A stretch of DNA of 64,000 nucleotides, taken from Amoeboaphelidium protococcarum X5. Lineage: Eukaryota; Fungi; Aphelidiomycota. The stretch is taken from NCBI GenBank assembly GCA_023515725.1, contig JALDTO010000206.1, positions 687,910 through 751,909 of the forward strand, given 5' to 3'. The position numbers and the translations under genes were made by a program. Positions 28,811 to 41,840 of this stretch are shown here, piece after piece. The notes beneath the pieces were generated by a model. It saw nothing but the letters and a program-made list of their open reading frames with translations. It ran no database searches and was not told where the DNA came from. Each line of letters starts with the position of its first letter. The first letter of the stretch is position 1.

Positions 28811-30481
28811 ATGTATTCATCCTCTAATAATAAAAGTCGTGAGTCCATCCGTGAACGCTGGGAGCCGGCGCCGAATCCATCGATGGCAAAGTCGCAGCGA
28901 TCCGCACAGTCATGCTCAAAGTTGTTTACTTCCGTGTCGACATCATTTTAATCCCGCGCCAATTTGAAATAGTCTGAAGAATCTTTCAATACCAACAACT
29001 ATAAATTGTAGAAGAGTATGGTATCTAATAACAATACTGGCAACGCGTAGAGTGTCAATCTCATTGCTGAATGTCCAAGTGGCTCAGTCCGTCATCGCGC
29101 TGATTCCGGAGGCTCGGCCGACCGTGTGGCGCAGTCTGATTTCGGTCATGGCGGCCACTTGGCTGGTATTGATCAAAAGCTGCTGCTGCCCAATGAGAAT
29201 CCCTAGGAACACGGTGGAAGTGAGGGGAACATGGTTCACCAATAATCACCTCCCTCTCTGAATTAACGTCCTTAGTCGATGCATGAGCTTGCCTGGAAAC
29301 TGCAAGAAGACGCTGCCATATCAATGTAATAGAACGCGCGCAAAATACCGCCTGGATTCTCTAGTGTTCCCGTGAGCCCGGTGAAGAGCAATCCATTTGT
29401 GCCGGATAATGTGAGTCATGTATTCTCTGGTCTAAGTGTTCACGACAGTCCGCCAATGATGCATTAGTAGTCTAACTAGCAGCAGCATCATTAGCTGTAT
29501 CCTTAGCAATAGCTGCAAACGCAGAAGTAACAAAGTTTTAGTGCAACGCCAGAATTTAATGATGACGTTAAGCGTATCAATGAATGGTTTGCACATTTGG
29601 GTGAAAGAGACGCGGTGGTGGCTCTATAGTCTATCCTGTAGAATATGAATCCTGAAGTTCTGGGAGCTTTGAATATACGTCATTTGACTTCATAGCGCTA
29701 GAGAACGCGCACAGCAAACACAATTACGTCCAACGTCGCTGGTGGTGACCATGGTAGTACTAAAGTTGTGCATTACGGTGCTGTCGGCCAGAAGTATCCA
29801 ACCACCCCTCAGTCCTGTATAGTCAATTCCGTGCACACTTTTGAGTAGAATGACATGCTCGACATGCGGAGATCCATCTCAATTCCTCCCGAGTAGTATT
29901 AGCAGTGGTCATCTCCTTCATCGTCTCCAGGTGAGAGTGAATCTTTCTTCACACCTGCTTTAGAAGATGTGTCACCAACTAGTAGTATAAATGGAGCTTT
30001 CAAGTTTGATAACAATCGTGGTTACCCTTCCACTCCTCAATGGCATTTGGAGCATGCGAAAGCGTAGTAATAGTAGTTGTAGTAGTAGTAGCAATAAGAT
30101 TATGAAGGTATAAGAAGACGCGTGCAGACTACACCCATCTCCATGTACAAATCTCATGGCTCATAGTCAGCCAAAGTGCAGCCTAAGTCGCCAGAGTTGC
30201 CTTACAAAACTGACAAAGGTAAAATTCCTGAAACTGTAGATTTTGAATTGTTGGAGGATGTCCCTGCGTGGTTGAGAAGTCTACGTTTGCACAAGTACAC
30301 CAATTTGTTTGCACCTTCTAATCGCAATATGAAGCAATGGCACTGGAGAGAGATTGTTGAGCTGTCCGATGAACAACTGGAGTAGATGGGCATCGGTGCA
30401 CTGGGTGCCAGAAGAAAGTTGTTACGCGTGTTTGAAATGATTAAGCATGCATTGGATAATAATAATCATCATCAAAACTGA
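28811..30481 (+). CDS. VTS1: Vts1/Smaug SAM-domain RNA-binding protein
   Basis: LEDVPAWLRSLRLHKY...LSDEQLEQMGIGALGARRKLL; Q-rich N-terminus. Confidence 0.9.
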
Positions 30482-30683
30482 TCCTCTTTGTATAAATGGC
30501 TCTAAATAATTTGGCTTAATTGTAAAGTGAAAGTATAGATTGATAGCAATATATATGAATATTTTGCAGCAATAGTTGGTTTCTAGAATCTTGATCAATT
30601 TTCGACGATTCGGACTTTTCTTTTGACTGGTGTCTAACTTGAGACAATAATTCACACATTCGTTAGTACCTTCGTATCGCCTG

Positions 30684-31274
30684 ATGGATTAGTAACTGAA
30701 TAAGAATGACAGCAATAGTACTAACACAGAGTCGTCGATGGAGTTGATAGCGGTCGATAATCTGATACTAGTAAATAATTTGAGTAGCGATAAATGACTA
30801 GAATGTACAACACTGATAAGTTATATTGTAGATGTATCAAGAAGTTCAATTGGGAAATTTCGATGCGGTATTCGATATGCTGTAATACAAACTGCCTGCT
30901 ATAAAGTCACATCGGGATTCGTTTAAACGGATATTTCATGAAGTGCACAATCAAATGTCTAGTAAGATATATGTCTCATAAAGCCAGTGAAATATCATGT
31001 CTATCTATGTGTAGCCACAAGCGAATCGATATAGATTGTCATAGAAGAACTTCGGAACATTGAATAGCTTATGAATTAGCTTAATAGTCTCCCTATCTGG
31101 AATGTATCAGAGAGAATTTAGTTGTCTCTACAGATTGCAAAGGCATTCATCGCTGTTCCGATCGCTGTGCAAAGACAGCAAATGCCAGATTCATTTGAAA
31201 CAATTCAAAAGTTGATTACAAACTTTGGAGTATCATCATCCAAATCATCATCATCTGCTATCACTCAAGATTGA
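30684..31274 (+). CDS. Hypothetical protein (2 putative introns)
   Basis: Open frame can be built with GT-AG introns at ~30771-30831 and ~30962-31013; no recognisable domain. Confidence 0.4.
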
Positions 31275-31686
31275 AGATTTTTAGATTTCTTGACATGTTT
31301 AATTTTGTATCAATGCTGCTTATAGATTTATCATTTAATTGACTTGACCTTTTTTAAATTATTTCCCCATATCCTTTATCATCGTCACTCGCAATAGTAC
31401 TCGTCTTGTTGCTGTTAAGATCAAATATAATCCAAGAATTGACATTCAAGCCTTGAATAAAGTTTGATATGGCAAGTCCAGGCTGCGTTCATTCTAAATC
31501 TCTTTATTACGACGATTTATATGAAGACTATGTTAACGTGTGGCACGCTGCAATTCTTTCAAACAATCTGTAGTACCTTTTCCATACCAAATGCCGATCG
31601 TTTTAATTCTTTCCAACAAAGCACAGTTGTGTATACGCGTAAATCAAACTTAACTTTTTGTTACAATAGAGCACTCGTTAGTATCA

Positions 31687-33868
31687 ATGAAGATTACAGA
31701 TTGGATATATCAGGCACTGAATGCGGATCCGAATCTAATATTGTATAGCGATAAACCTCAGGAGAAGTACTCTTGGGAGAATCTAAAGTGGGCATATAAT
31801 ACTTGTATTCGATAATGCAATGTGATCCTTAAAATATATCCAACCTTTTTAATGTAGATTTCTGTATCGTGTTTTGTAAGAGACTAGTGCATTGACACCG
31901 TAGAATAAGAAGCTGGTGATGGAGACTATGCAAGAGCTGTGTGAAGTTATGATTTGGGGAGACTAGAATTAGAAATTAAGTCATACTCCGATAGAGCATT
32001 AGACTCAATAGACTACATTTTTCGAGTATTTTATGGAGCATAACCTGGGCGGATATTTTATTGTGTTACTCGAGGCGTTCGGTAAAGAGTCCAATGCCAA
32101 GTTGTGTACGCAGGTTGTTAAACTGCTGATTATACTGATTGAGAATGTCAAGCAGGAAACTAGCTTGTACGCTTTACTCAGTAACAATTACATTAATAGT
32201 GTCCTTCGCTGGGGAACCCATCTCCGCCAGATGGAGTACTGGAGTCCAGACGTGAAGCTGAATGGAGATATAGACGAGTGTTGCGCGTATTTCATAACTC
32301 TGATGAAGGTACTTGGAAATAGATTGGATACGATTACTCTGCCCTTCTTTTTTAATACTCAAAAGTCAGATGGTGTCCAGCATTTTACTCTCTATGACGA
32401 GGCGCTTGTTATGGCACAAGATATGAGGGAGCAGATGATGGTGAATGCTCTAAGAACCATTGTTCTCAAAGTTTATCAATTAGAAGATTTAAAGTTGTAG
32501 GTGTATCTGCTCAATGATTTAACTAGAAACTTTTGGATATCTTTCTGTATGAGACTACATGCCAATGCAATGAAAATTCAAGATAACATTGTATCCAGTC
32601 AGTATTAAAGTGCTCAATAAGTTATGGAAGTGTTGGATGATGATTTGAGCTATTTCAATGAGATTCTGTTCTGCAGTGATCATCAACTGTAGCAAGTAAT
32701 CTTGGATATATTTGAAATACAATTCATTAAAAAGATGTGCTTTATGGATTATACAACTACACAAGACTTTTTTACTGATGATTCTTTAGTGTCTAATTTC
32801 AAGTGTAAAATGTTCGTATTATGCTATGTGGTGGCCCTGGTTCCTCAAAGTGCCGTTATTGACAAAGTGATTGAATGCGCCTTTGTTTAGAAAAGTCTTA
32901 TTGATCTCATGGCATTATATGATGAGAAGATGTCTTCAGTATCTCCAGTTCAAAGGTCTAGAAATCGCGAATTGGTGTCTCCAATCGAAGATGTTGTACT
33001 GCGCAGAGTATAATCTACACAGAACGGTAATAGTAACTTTATAATTCGCGTGCCTGTCGGATACTCTATCGCTAAAATTATATTCTAATAGAAATCCAGT
33101 GTTTCTAGTGGTACATCATTACTCTCTATGCTCCTTCTTAATCAAGTAATTGACTCCAATGCTGATTAATTTAAATTAGCTCAAGTACAGTTGGCGTCTC
33201 CTGCGGAATACAAAAAGCGGTGACTAATAGCCAATCTCACTTCCACAACTGACAACGACGATGGTAGTAAAGGTGGAAGTGACCATGCTATCCGTGAAGA
33301 AGAAGAAGATGATGATGACGATGGCTGTGAAATGATGGATATTTACCAGTCATATTCAGACGAGGATCTGAACATTACACAAAATGAGACGGCTATCGAG
33401 TTATTGAAATTGCTCCATGAGTACATCAAATCTGGTTCTGTGAATCTATCGCTGTTGTACATTTCTCTAATTGTACGCTTCATCCACAAACTCATGCCTG
33501 AAGACAGTGCTGCATTGACATTTTAGAGTCATTTACTCCCTTGCATAGATCTGCTCAAGAATGGAAAGTTGACGCCGCATAATGCCGGTCGTAGAAGTGG
33601 AGATGATCTAATGATTGATTTTACATCTTTAAAGCTGTAATCATTGTTCATGAATGGTTCTTTAGAATGTGATGGACGCGTACTTAGATTACCACTGACT
33701 AAAGTGTTGCTATTTGATTTTGATGAAGACGACAAGGGACAAGTGTTTGCGCTGAAATCAACATTTGATGAATCTGCTGATAAGCCTAGTATCTAATCCT
33801 ACTGGCAGGAAGTGTACAAAATGCTCACCACTTTAAACGAGCTTATACTATAAGCTTAAAACGATTGA
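31687..33868 (+). CDS. CLEC16A: CLEC16A/TT9 (FPL domain) protein; in-frame TGA at 33221
   Basis: EVMIWGDQN, FEYFMEHN, ENVKQETSLYALLSNNYINS, FFFN, RTIVLKVY; intron ~31788-31857; the same frame continues past TGA 33221 to TGA 33866. Confidence 0.8.
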
Positions 33869-34563
33869 ATTTGATTATTTTGGTTTGATCAAGTTTACTG
33901 TAAATTTCAAGAACTCATAAAATGAATTCTCCATGAACTTTATTTAGATTTTAAAACAGTCCCTCTTATGATGATACTAAGTACCTTCTTTCTCTCTCCT
34001 ATTTTGATCAGTGTCGTAATAATGAAATGCTAATAGGGAAAGAGCCAGCCACTCAAATGGTCATCGCTGAAACGACAATAATAATGAAATGCAAAATTTT
34101 CATTCAGCATTCGAGTGAGAAATGTTCCACCATTCAAACGCGGCGCGCCATTTTCATAAGCTTGACGACAAGGAACGGAACGGAACGGACAGAGTGGGCG
34201 GGCGGTCAAACTTTAAATACGAAAAAAGCGCATTGGCGGCAGAAACAACAGCGACAACAAATCGATAAGTTTAATTCCTTCCTTTCATTCATTGACTTTA
34301 ACAACCAACACAACGCTGTATTAACACTAATAATATACACAGTCATCACTTAGTATAAAAGTGTCAAGTCTTTATAATATAAAGTAAGAGTATATACTCC
34401 GGGTAATTTAAATGGGCATATGTGTACTGTTTACACTCACTCACTTACTCCCCCACTATGTGTGAACTTGAACATTGAAATTCTGCCCCTTTGAACTCAC
34501 CCACGACAGAGCTTAACTACTACTACCACTACTACAATTAATCCACCCGGTTTGCATGTAGAT

Positions 34564-35305
34564 ATGTCTGAAATTCGCAGAAAATTAGTTATTGTCGGTG
34601 ATGGTGCCTGTGGTAAAACTTGTCTACTGATTGTATTCTCAAGAGGAACATTTCCAGAGGTATGATTTTTGTGTATGTTGTTGAAACTTTGAATATCCGT
34701 TCATCATCTGTTCGTAGTGGGTAGGTTTATGTCCCAACTGTGTTTGAGAACTACGTCGCTGAAGTTGAGGTGGATGGAAAGAGAGTTGAGCTGGCTCTAT
34801 GGGATACAGCGGGTAAGACTCATATTAACATTTGATGCCTTTACTAGACATTTACTCGATCATCGCACCATACTTGGTGTGAGTGTATATCTGTTTATTT
34901 GTGTGTGTAGGCCAAGAAGATTATGATCGCTTAAGACCCCTTTCATATCCTGACTCTCACGTCATCCTCATCTGCTTTGCTATAGACAGTCCTGACAGTT
35001 TGGACAATGTGCAAGAGAAGTGGATCAGTGAGGTGCTGCACTTTTGTAATGGTCTGCCTATCCTGCTGATTGGATGTAAGAAGGATCTGAGAACTGACAG
35101 CAGAACCATTGAAGAGCTGAAAAAGACTGGCCAGGCGCCGGTTACCTACGAAGAGGGTCTGGCTGTGGCATAGAAGATCAGTGCGTACAAGTACCTGGAG
35201 TGTAGTGCCAAGTCTCAGGAGGGTGTCAAGGAGGTGTTTGAGCACGCCACTCGCGCCGCCCTGATGGCCAAGACCAAGAAGAAGAAGGCTTGTGTGTTGC
35301 TGTGA
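34564..35305 (+). CDS. RHO1: Rho1/RhoA GTPase, 2 coding introns
   Basis: [47 protein letters not shown], CaaX CVLL-TGA; introns ~34660-34724 and ~34813-34910. Confidence 0.97.
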
Positions 35306-35595
35306 GCCAGCTCTCTATATCTATCTATCTATCTACACTTGTGTCTTCATCATTGTAGTCATGAGTGTGGTGGTAGATGGACAAGAATGAATTTGGTGTG
35401 AATGAGTGAGTGATTTGTGGTGTGCGTATATGGTACCAATGGGATGTAATAAATTGGGTTATCTCTAAACAGTTTATCTTTTATTTGAACAATTGTTTTC
35501 ACTACTTAGTGAAGCGTACAGAGATATCATTGAACATTCGTGGTATATAGTTAATAGTCACTATGCACCAACATCAATAATATAGTAATGTCAAA

Positions 35596-37230
35596 TCAAA
35601 CATATCTCCAATTTGCACAATCACTGCAGACAAGATCACTCTTGGGAGAGTTCTTCTTTTTACTCTACTTATTGCCGCTGCTCTTCTATCCATCATCATA
35701 GATATCATCAACAACATGGTGATGATGATGATACGCTGGTATGAATGGAGGCACATCGCGTTGAGGTCCAATAATCTCCTTAAGCACTGTGGCCATCTTA
35801 TGGTAGAAAACATCTGGCGATCTATCAATCTTGTAATTACAGACATTACCAACGTGACACTTTGTCTCTATTGCATAGCCGCCGTAAAAGCAAACACTAC
35901 CTATACCTGTGCACTTACCGAGATAAATAACGTCTGCATTATTCCCAATGTGATAAATTGGTACCTTGAGACGGTAAATCTGATCATCTTCCGGATGCAG
36001 CTCCTTCAGATGATCCACATTATCCAGCAATCCCAGCCGCTCAGCAAACTGTCTCTCTCCAGGAGCTTGAAAGGTCACTGCCGGGTCCTGAGTAGTCAGA
36101 GACATCACAGATGCCAATGCACCGGCCAATGAATGCCCAACAAACCAAATCTGGGACTTGGGATATTGTGACCGCACAGCTGCATAAATCTACTTGGCCG
36201 CATCATAGTAAGAGTGTGTATAATTACGAGAATGTTGTTCAAAGCATTGCAGAGAGCATTTAGGCTAAAAACTGCCACCTAATGATCTACCTCGATAACA
36301 GTCACAAGTGGGTGGTCTAAAAGGATCGAGCCGACCACAGCAGCAACTGAACATCATATTATCATTCTTCCGATCCCAATTATAACCGAGCGATGTTGTG
36401 CCTTTGAATACGATTATGACAAGTGATTGATCCTCACTAGTAAACACGTGTCCTCTGAGTCCAAATCTAACCACCACCGTCTACGGCTTTAAATTGTTCC
36501 CGTCCAAGTTATGACTACTTGCAGTAGATTAACCGTCCTAGTCATTATCGCTGAATATAAATGCAGATGAATTGTCCCATCCAAAGGATGAATTCCTATC
36601 CACGCCAGGAATCTGACGCCACCCATCACCATCAGGTGGAATATACGCGTTCGCCGCAATCATGCCCAATCCAACTATGGTCTGCTTATCAGTTACATTC
36701 GGTAGTCTGACATCACCATTTTAAATAGAAGACACTTTGATATTACCATCCATACTCTACCACATCCGCATTTCATTAAAATATTCCTCTTGAACATTTT
36801 CGGAAGCCTGGGTAAGATTATGAGTATAATTGTCTCTGTTGATTTAATTAGACGCGCCAAATCCATCCTCCTTAGTACTTCTTGACACTTTGATACCATT
36901 AACTTTTTCTATGGAATCATCCACAAAAGATAAAAGCATTCGATTTTGGGCATAGAGTTAATCGTTGGAATCTAATTATCGCCAGGCTGCAACACTTTAT
37001 ATACCAGATGGACGGGTGTCATCATCAAAAGACACGTCTCCAATAAAGAGTTCAGATACCATCTTCATTGAGCTAGTGTCTAATTGATCCTTTTAATCGC
37101 CCATAAGCTACTAATCATTACCAGACTCGAATACCATCTAACCGGTAAATGCACCATCAAAATCAATGCCAGCGATGCCAGAGATAAAAACTAGCTATGC
37201 AATCAGAGTGCAAACCACCAGAATGAACAT
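35596..37230 (-). CDS. ATG15: Atg15-like vacuolar lipase (class 3)
   Basis: Hydrophobic N-terminus; PNVTDKQT, FGWD, GLRGHVF, FKGT, DNMMFSCCC, WFVGHSLAG, ETKCHVG. Confidence 0.9.
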
Positions 37231-37575
37231 ACTTTATGATGGAATGATGCGCAACAAGAGTATCAAATACAGAGAGTAGTACAAAGCAATTGACTAAAAT
37301 TGCTTAAATAATCTCGACTTTAATTATGCTCGAAGAGGCGCCCTTGATGTACCCCTTTCTCGTAATCATTCAGTATTCCCTTTTGGGCGCGAATCGTTAA
37401 AAGCTTCTTCTTCGCTGGTCTAGTCGTCATTTCCAGCCAAAGAAGGATCTGCTCGTTTTCACTTAGACGCGTCCGCTTTCAACATATTCTCTACTTTATT
37501 ATTACCGAAGTTTGTGATTATATTACCATCAAAAATCTCGGTTCAAATTTAAAGCATCATAGACAGTATTTAAAT

Positions 37576-37986
37576 ATGATGAATCAATTTACGCCAGTTA
37601 ATCCAAAGCCGTTCCTCTCAGATCTGGTGAATGATCGCGTCCAAGTAAAGTTAAAGTGGGGCATGCTGTACGAAGGTTAACTGAAATCATTTGACTCTTA
37701 TATGAATATTCGATTAGCGGAATGTGATGAGTATTTCCTTGATAACACTAAATCTACCTAGTAATAATAATAGTAATAGTAAGAAGAAGAATCTTTAAAT
37801 AAAGAGGGATCCGCTGTTGAATGGATTAGTAATGGCCATTTGGGGGATGTGTTGATTAGGTGTAATAACGTGCTGTGGATCAGGAAGGCATCATCAATCA
37901 AAGATTTGGCTACCAGCGGTGCAGATATGGAATAAGATTAAGAGGAGGAAGATGTCGATGCAGAAGATAATCAGGTAGATGAGTGA
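37576..37986 (+). CDS. SNRPF: Small nuclear ribonucleoprotein SmF with polyQ loop insertion
   Basis: PVNPKPFL, VKLKWG, DSYMNIRL, LGDVLIRCNNVLWI; 8 consecutive TAR codons at 37759-37782. Confidence 0.93.
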
Positions 37987-38031
37987 GATTATGTATAATA
38001 AAAACAGTCTTCTAGGTACATCAAGATATTA

Positions 38032-39561
38032 TCACTCTTGGATTTGAGGAGATTATGCAGGAGATTATGACTTTTGGGTGGTTGCGTACAATATCCCAAT
38101 ATTATGAGCAATAGTTTTTGCTGCCTTTCCCATATTAATAGCAGTGTCTGCATCTTCTTAAATGACCATATCTTATGCCACATCTTCAGGAGACATTTAA
38201 TCAACCAGTTCTCTCAATAGAACTGCATTCTTACACAGAATATCATTAATGGAGCTTCCATCCTAACAACTATAATCTTGCATTATATCTGGATCCACTT
38301 CTTAACTACTATCTTCTTAGCTACTATCATTGTTCTCCTGTACAGTATGAGCAGCTGATCGTAAGAAATCTAAGCGCGTACTTTGTATCTCATACGGTGC
38401 CTGACGCAGTACCATCTCTGCTTACATCAACTGCTATCTAATCTCAATCAATTGACAAATCTACAATTCAGGCTATGGTGTACCATTCAACAGATTACTT
38501 ATAAATGTGTCGAATCCATGAGTCAACTAATCAAGCCACTTTTGCGTTGCTTTAAACGTGCCGATCCCAATATTGAATTCTCTCAACGATCGACAGTAGG
38601 CAAAAGCTTGTAAATCGCCATATATAACACTAATCAGATCATTCAACTAATCGCGATACTCTTATGGAAATTCCCTGGAATGAGATCCAACTTAATTAGA
38701 TTAATTATCCACCAAATTCAGCGCGTTATAAGGACCAAAGTTGAAATATGATGAGTTATACGATAATTCATCAACATTATCAGCTTCATTGGGGGCTTTA
38801 CTTAATTAAGAATCATCTTGAGCTGAAGTAGTACGATAAGGAGACTTTGAATGCTTATAAGGATAACTCGTTCCACACAGGGCCAATCGATAGTAATCTT
38901 AATCATTGTTTATAATCATGGAACCATCATCCAGGTGTGTATAGACTTTAGGTTGTATTTCATAATTTACACGTTTCTTGTTCCTCTTTGGTCTATCAAA
39001 TTAACTTTAATCTTGCTGTATAGATCCAGATCGACTTTAATCGTCACCACCAATGACTGATATAGACCGCCGGTCAGTGAGCGATGACTGCTATGATTAT
39101 TATAACTATTACTATTACTACTACTACTTTTATGATAGAGAATGTGAACTGCTCTATCGCTACTGCTAAGCATTCAGCTTCTTCTACTTCAAGTCATCTT
39201 CCTCTTGTTTAGTCATACACTTGCCTTTATGACGCCCAAGTGTCAGATCTCCGTACGCTTTCAACTTCTTGGCCTATTTATGGTATATCGTTTTGGGTGC
39301 ATTATAGATCATTGCATTATCACATATGAGATGGAAGTCATTTATAAACTCTTCAAAGTTATTGTATTACCGGGCATCCAACTTTCTCTGCATCTGATTA
39401 AAGGACATAGGAGTCTTGATGACAGTCAGGTAATCTTAGACTAGAGTAGTGTCCACATCTTCAATAAACAACTAATAATCATCCTTCTTTATCAGCAACT
39501 TGATCAATCCACTCAACGTATCATACAACGGTTTCTTTTACAATTTTATTTTAATCTTCAT
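38032..39561 (-). CDS. BRD7/BRD9-like bromodomain protein
   Basis: DYLTVIKTPMSF...DFHLICDNAMIYNAPKTIYHKQAKKL; NFGPYN...DLISVIYGDLQAFAYCRSLREF (DUF3512-like). Confidence 0.8.
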
Positions 39562-39792
39562 GCTTCCAATTAAACAGTGGTCGATCAGTTAATAGACAAT
39601 TACAATTGATGAGGATAGATTTAATATAAATAAAAGTTGATTAATCAAAAGTGCAAAGAGAGAAAGAAACGAAATTTAAATTCCATCGTTCTGTAACGCT
39701 CTGCTTTTCTTCAGTCTAACTTTGACCATAAGAGCAATTCACTTGTTACGATCGTCTGAACTTTTAGTGGAGAGATTAAAAGTATTTTTAGT

Positions 39793-41772
39793 ATGGATTT
39801 CAAGCGATTTGTGTAAAAGGCTCTGGATAATGTGGAGAGTAGACTGGACAAAGTACTGGACATTAAAGCGATTCCTGCTACGGATGGTAATGCTCTTCTT
39901 GGGAATATACAGTAGTAATAGTCAATTTAATAACAGTAATAATAATAATCGCTTATGGACCTTGATGGTTTTGCTCAGTTCGTACCCTCTGCATAATCTT
40001 TGAGTAGTTAGAAAGTTGGCGACATCAAGGATGATAATATATAACCTGAGCCAGCGAGTGATTCGCTTGATAAATCTTTACCGTAAGAGCAGTCATTGTC
40101 TTTGGATAGAGACGCTACTCAAGCTATAGAATCTGCGCATTAAGATGTTCCCACTTTGAATACTGATAAGAGCGATATTGAATAGACCACTACTGATGAA
40201 AATGTTGAATTTGTGCAAGATGAGCGCGTTAATACTGACACTCAATAGCTAACTGCAAGTGATCAGGTTGATCTAATTCAGGTTTACAAGTAAACTGATA
40301 TGGAGAACAAGTAGCAAGAACTGCATGATAATATTGAGAGATTGAAGCGAATAGTCGCCGAGAGAGAATCGCAGTTGGAGAGTGCTTAGCTTTAGATTGC
40401 GTAGCTGAGAAGTGCCTAAGCGGACGATGACCAAGTAGAAGCTCTGAAGCGAGAGGCTGAAAAGATTTCGACACTTAATGCCAAGTTGACGACAGCGTAT
40501 AAAAAGCTGAGAGAGAAGGACGTGTAAAATACAGTTTTAATTGAAAAGTTGAGCAAATAGGTGGAAGATTATAAAGTTCAAGTTTCATCTCTGCAAGATT
40601 AAATCACATTTTTGGAATAGTCCAAGTTGGATTCTACGAGGAATGTTGAAAATTTAGAAGCAAGTGTTATAGATTTTGAGTAAAAGTATTAATCGGCGGA
40701 AGCTTAATTGAAAGATGTAAACTAGCAACTTAAAGAGTCTAAAGAACAGATTGAGAATTTAAAAGAGGAGATTGAAACTTTGAAGCAACAGTCGGTAACT
40801 GCTGGTGATAGTGCTTTGAAAGAGAAGTCTGAGGAATATGAAGCAATTATTATAGATTTGAATTTCCAAATCTCTTAATGCAAGGAAGAATTAGAAGAAT
40901 TATAGAGTAATAATTAAAAGTAGATTGAGTCTTTGCAGTAGAATATAATGTCTTTATAGTAGGAGAATGGTGCTCGAGAAGATGCATTCTAAGTGGAAGT
41001 TGATTCTCTGATGAATCGATTGGCCATCAGTCAGTCTGAAGCTGAAGATTTGCGGGCTGAACTTTAGTCGCTGGAAGGTCCGCGTGTAATTGAAGTGGAG
41101 AATGTGCGACTTGAACATTAAAGGCAATAGAATGAGTTGCGAGATGTTATTGGTAAGTTGGAGAAGGAAGTTGAACGTCTCACGGATTAATTGTCTCATT
41201 CCTCTGAACAGTATGCCGAGTTGTAATAGAGATTTGATACTCTCTAGTAATAGTATGATGAATGTAAGTAGGATCTGTAAAAATCGCGTGAAGTCATATC
41301 AAGTAATGATGAGACAATTCTGCAACTTTAGTCAGAAGTAAAGTAGTTAACTGACGAAAATATAGAATTGAAGTAGGAACTCGAGTCTAGCACCGCTACT
41401 TTCACCTCATAGATCAAATCTCTTCAGGAGTAAGTAGAAAATCTTTAGAATAGTTAATTTGCAGAACAATAGCACCGAAAGTCTAGTCTTGTTGCTGGTG
41501 GTAGTACTGAATTTGAAGATTTCCAAATTCCGCGTATCGATCGTGAAGGAGGCGAATTGGATCACAGTACTTAGTTACAACAGCAGTAGTCTTAAGCGTT
41601 TAAAGATCTTGAGTTATAATATAATCTAGCTCTCGAGCTTGTGGGTGAGAAAACGGAGCGCATTGAAGAATTATAGGCTGATATAGAGGATATGAAAGTT
41701 GCATATAGAACTCAGCTTAATGATCTCATAGATCAACTGCATGAACTGAAATCATCAAATCAAAATTAATGA
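39793..41772 (+). CDS. TMF1: TMF1/Sgm1 golgin
   Basis: N-terminal ALDNVESRLDKVL, long coiled coil, C-terminal LELVGEKTERIEELQADIEDMKVAYRTQL. Confidence 0.88.
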
Positions 41773-41840
41773 AAAGTTATCATTTACGCGTTCATTCAGA
41801 CTTAAATAAATATATACACTACAATTTGATGATACAATCT

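Noticed and set aside
33221-33223. Selenocysteine TGA in CLEC16A
   Set aside because: Not a known selenoprotein family, no Cys/redox context, and no SECIS that I can identify.
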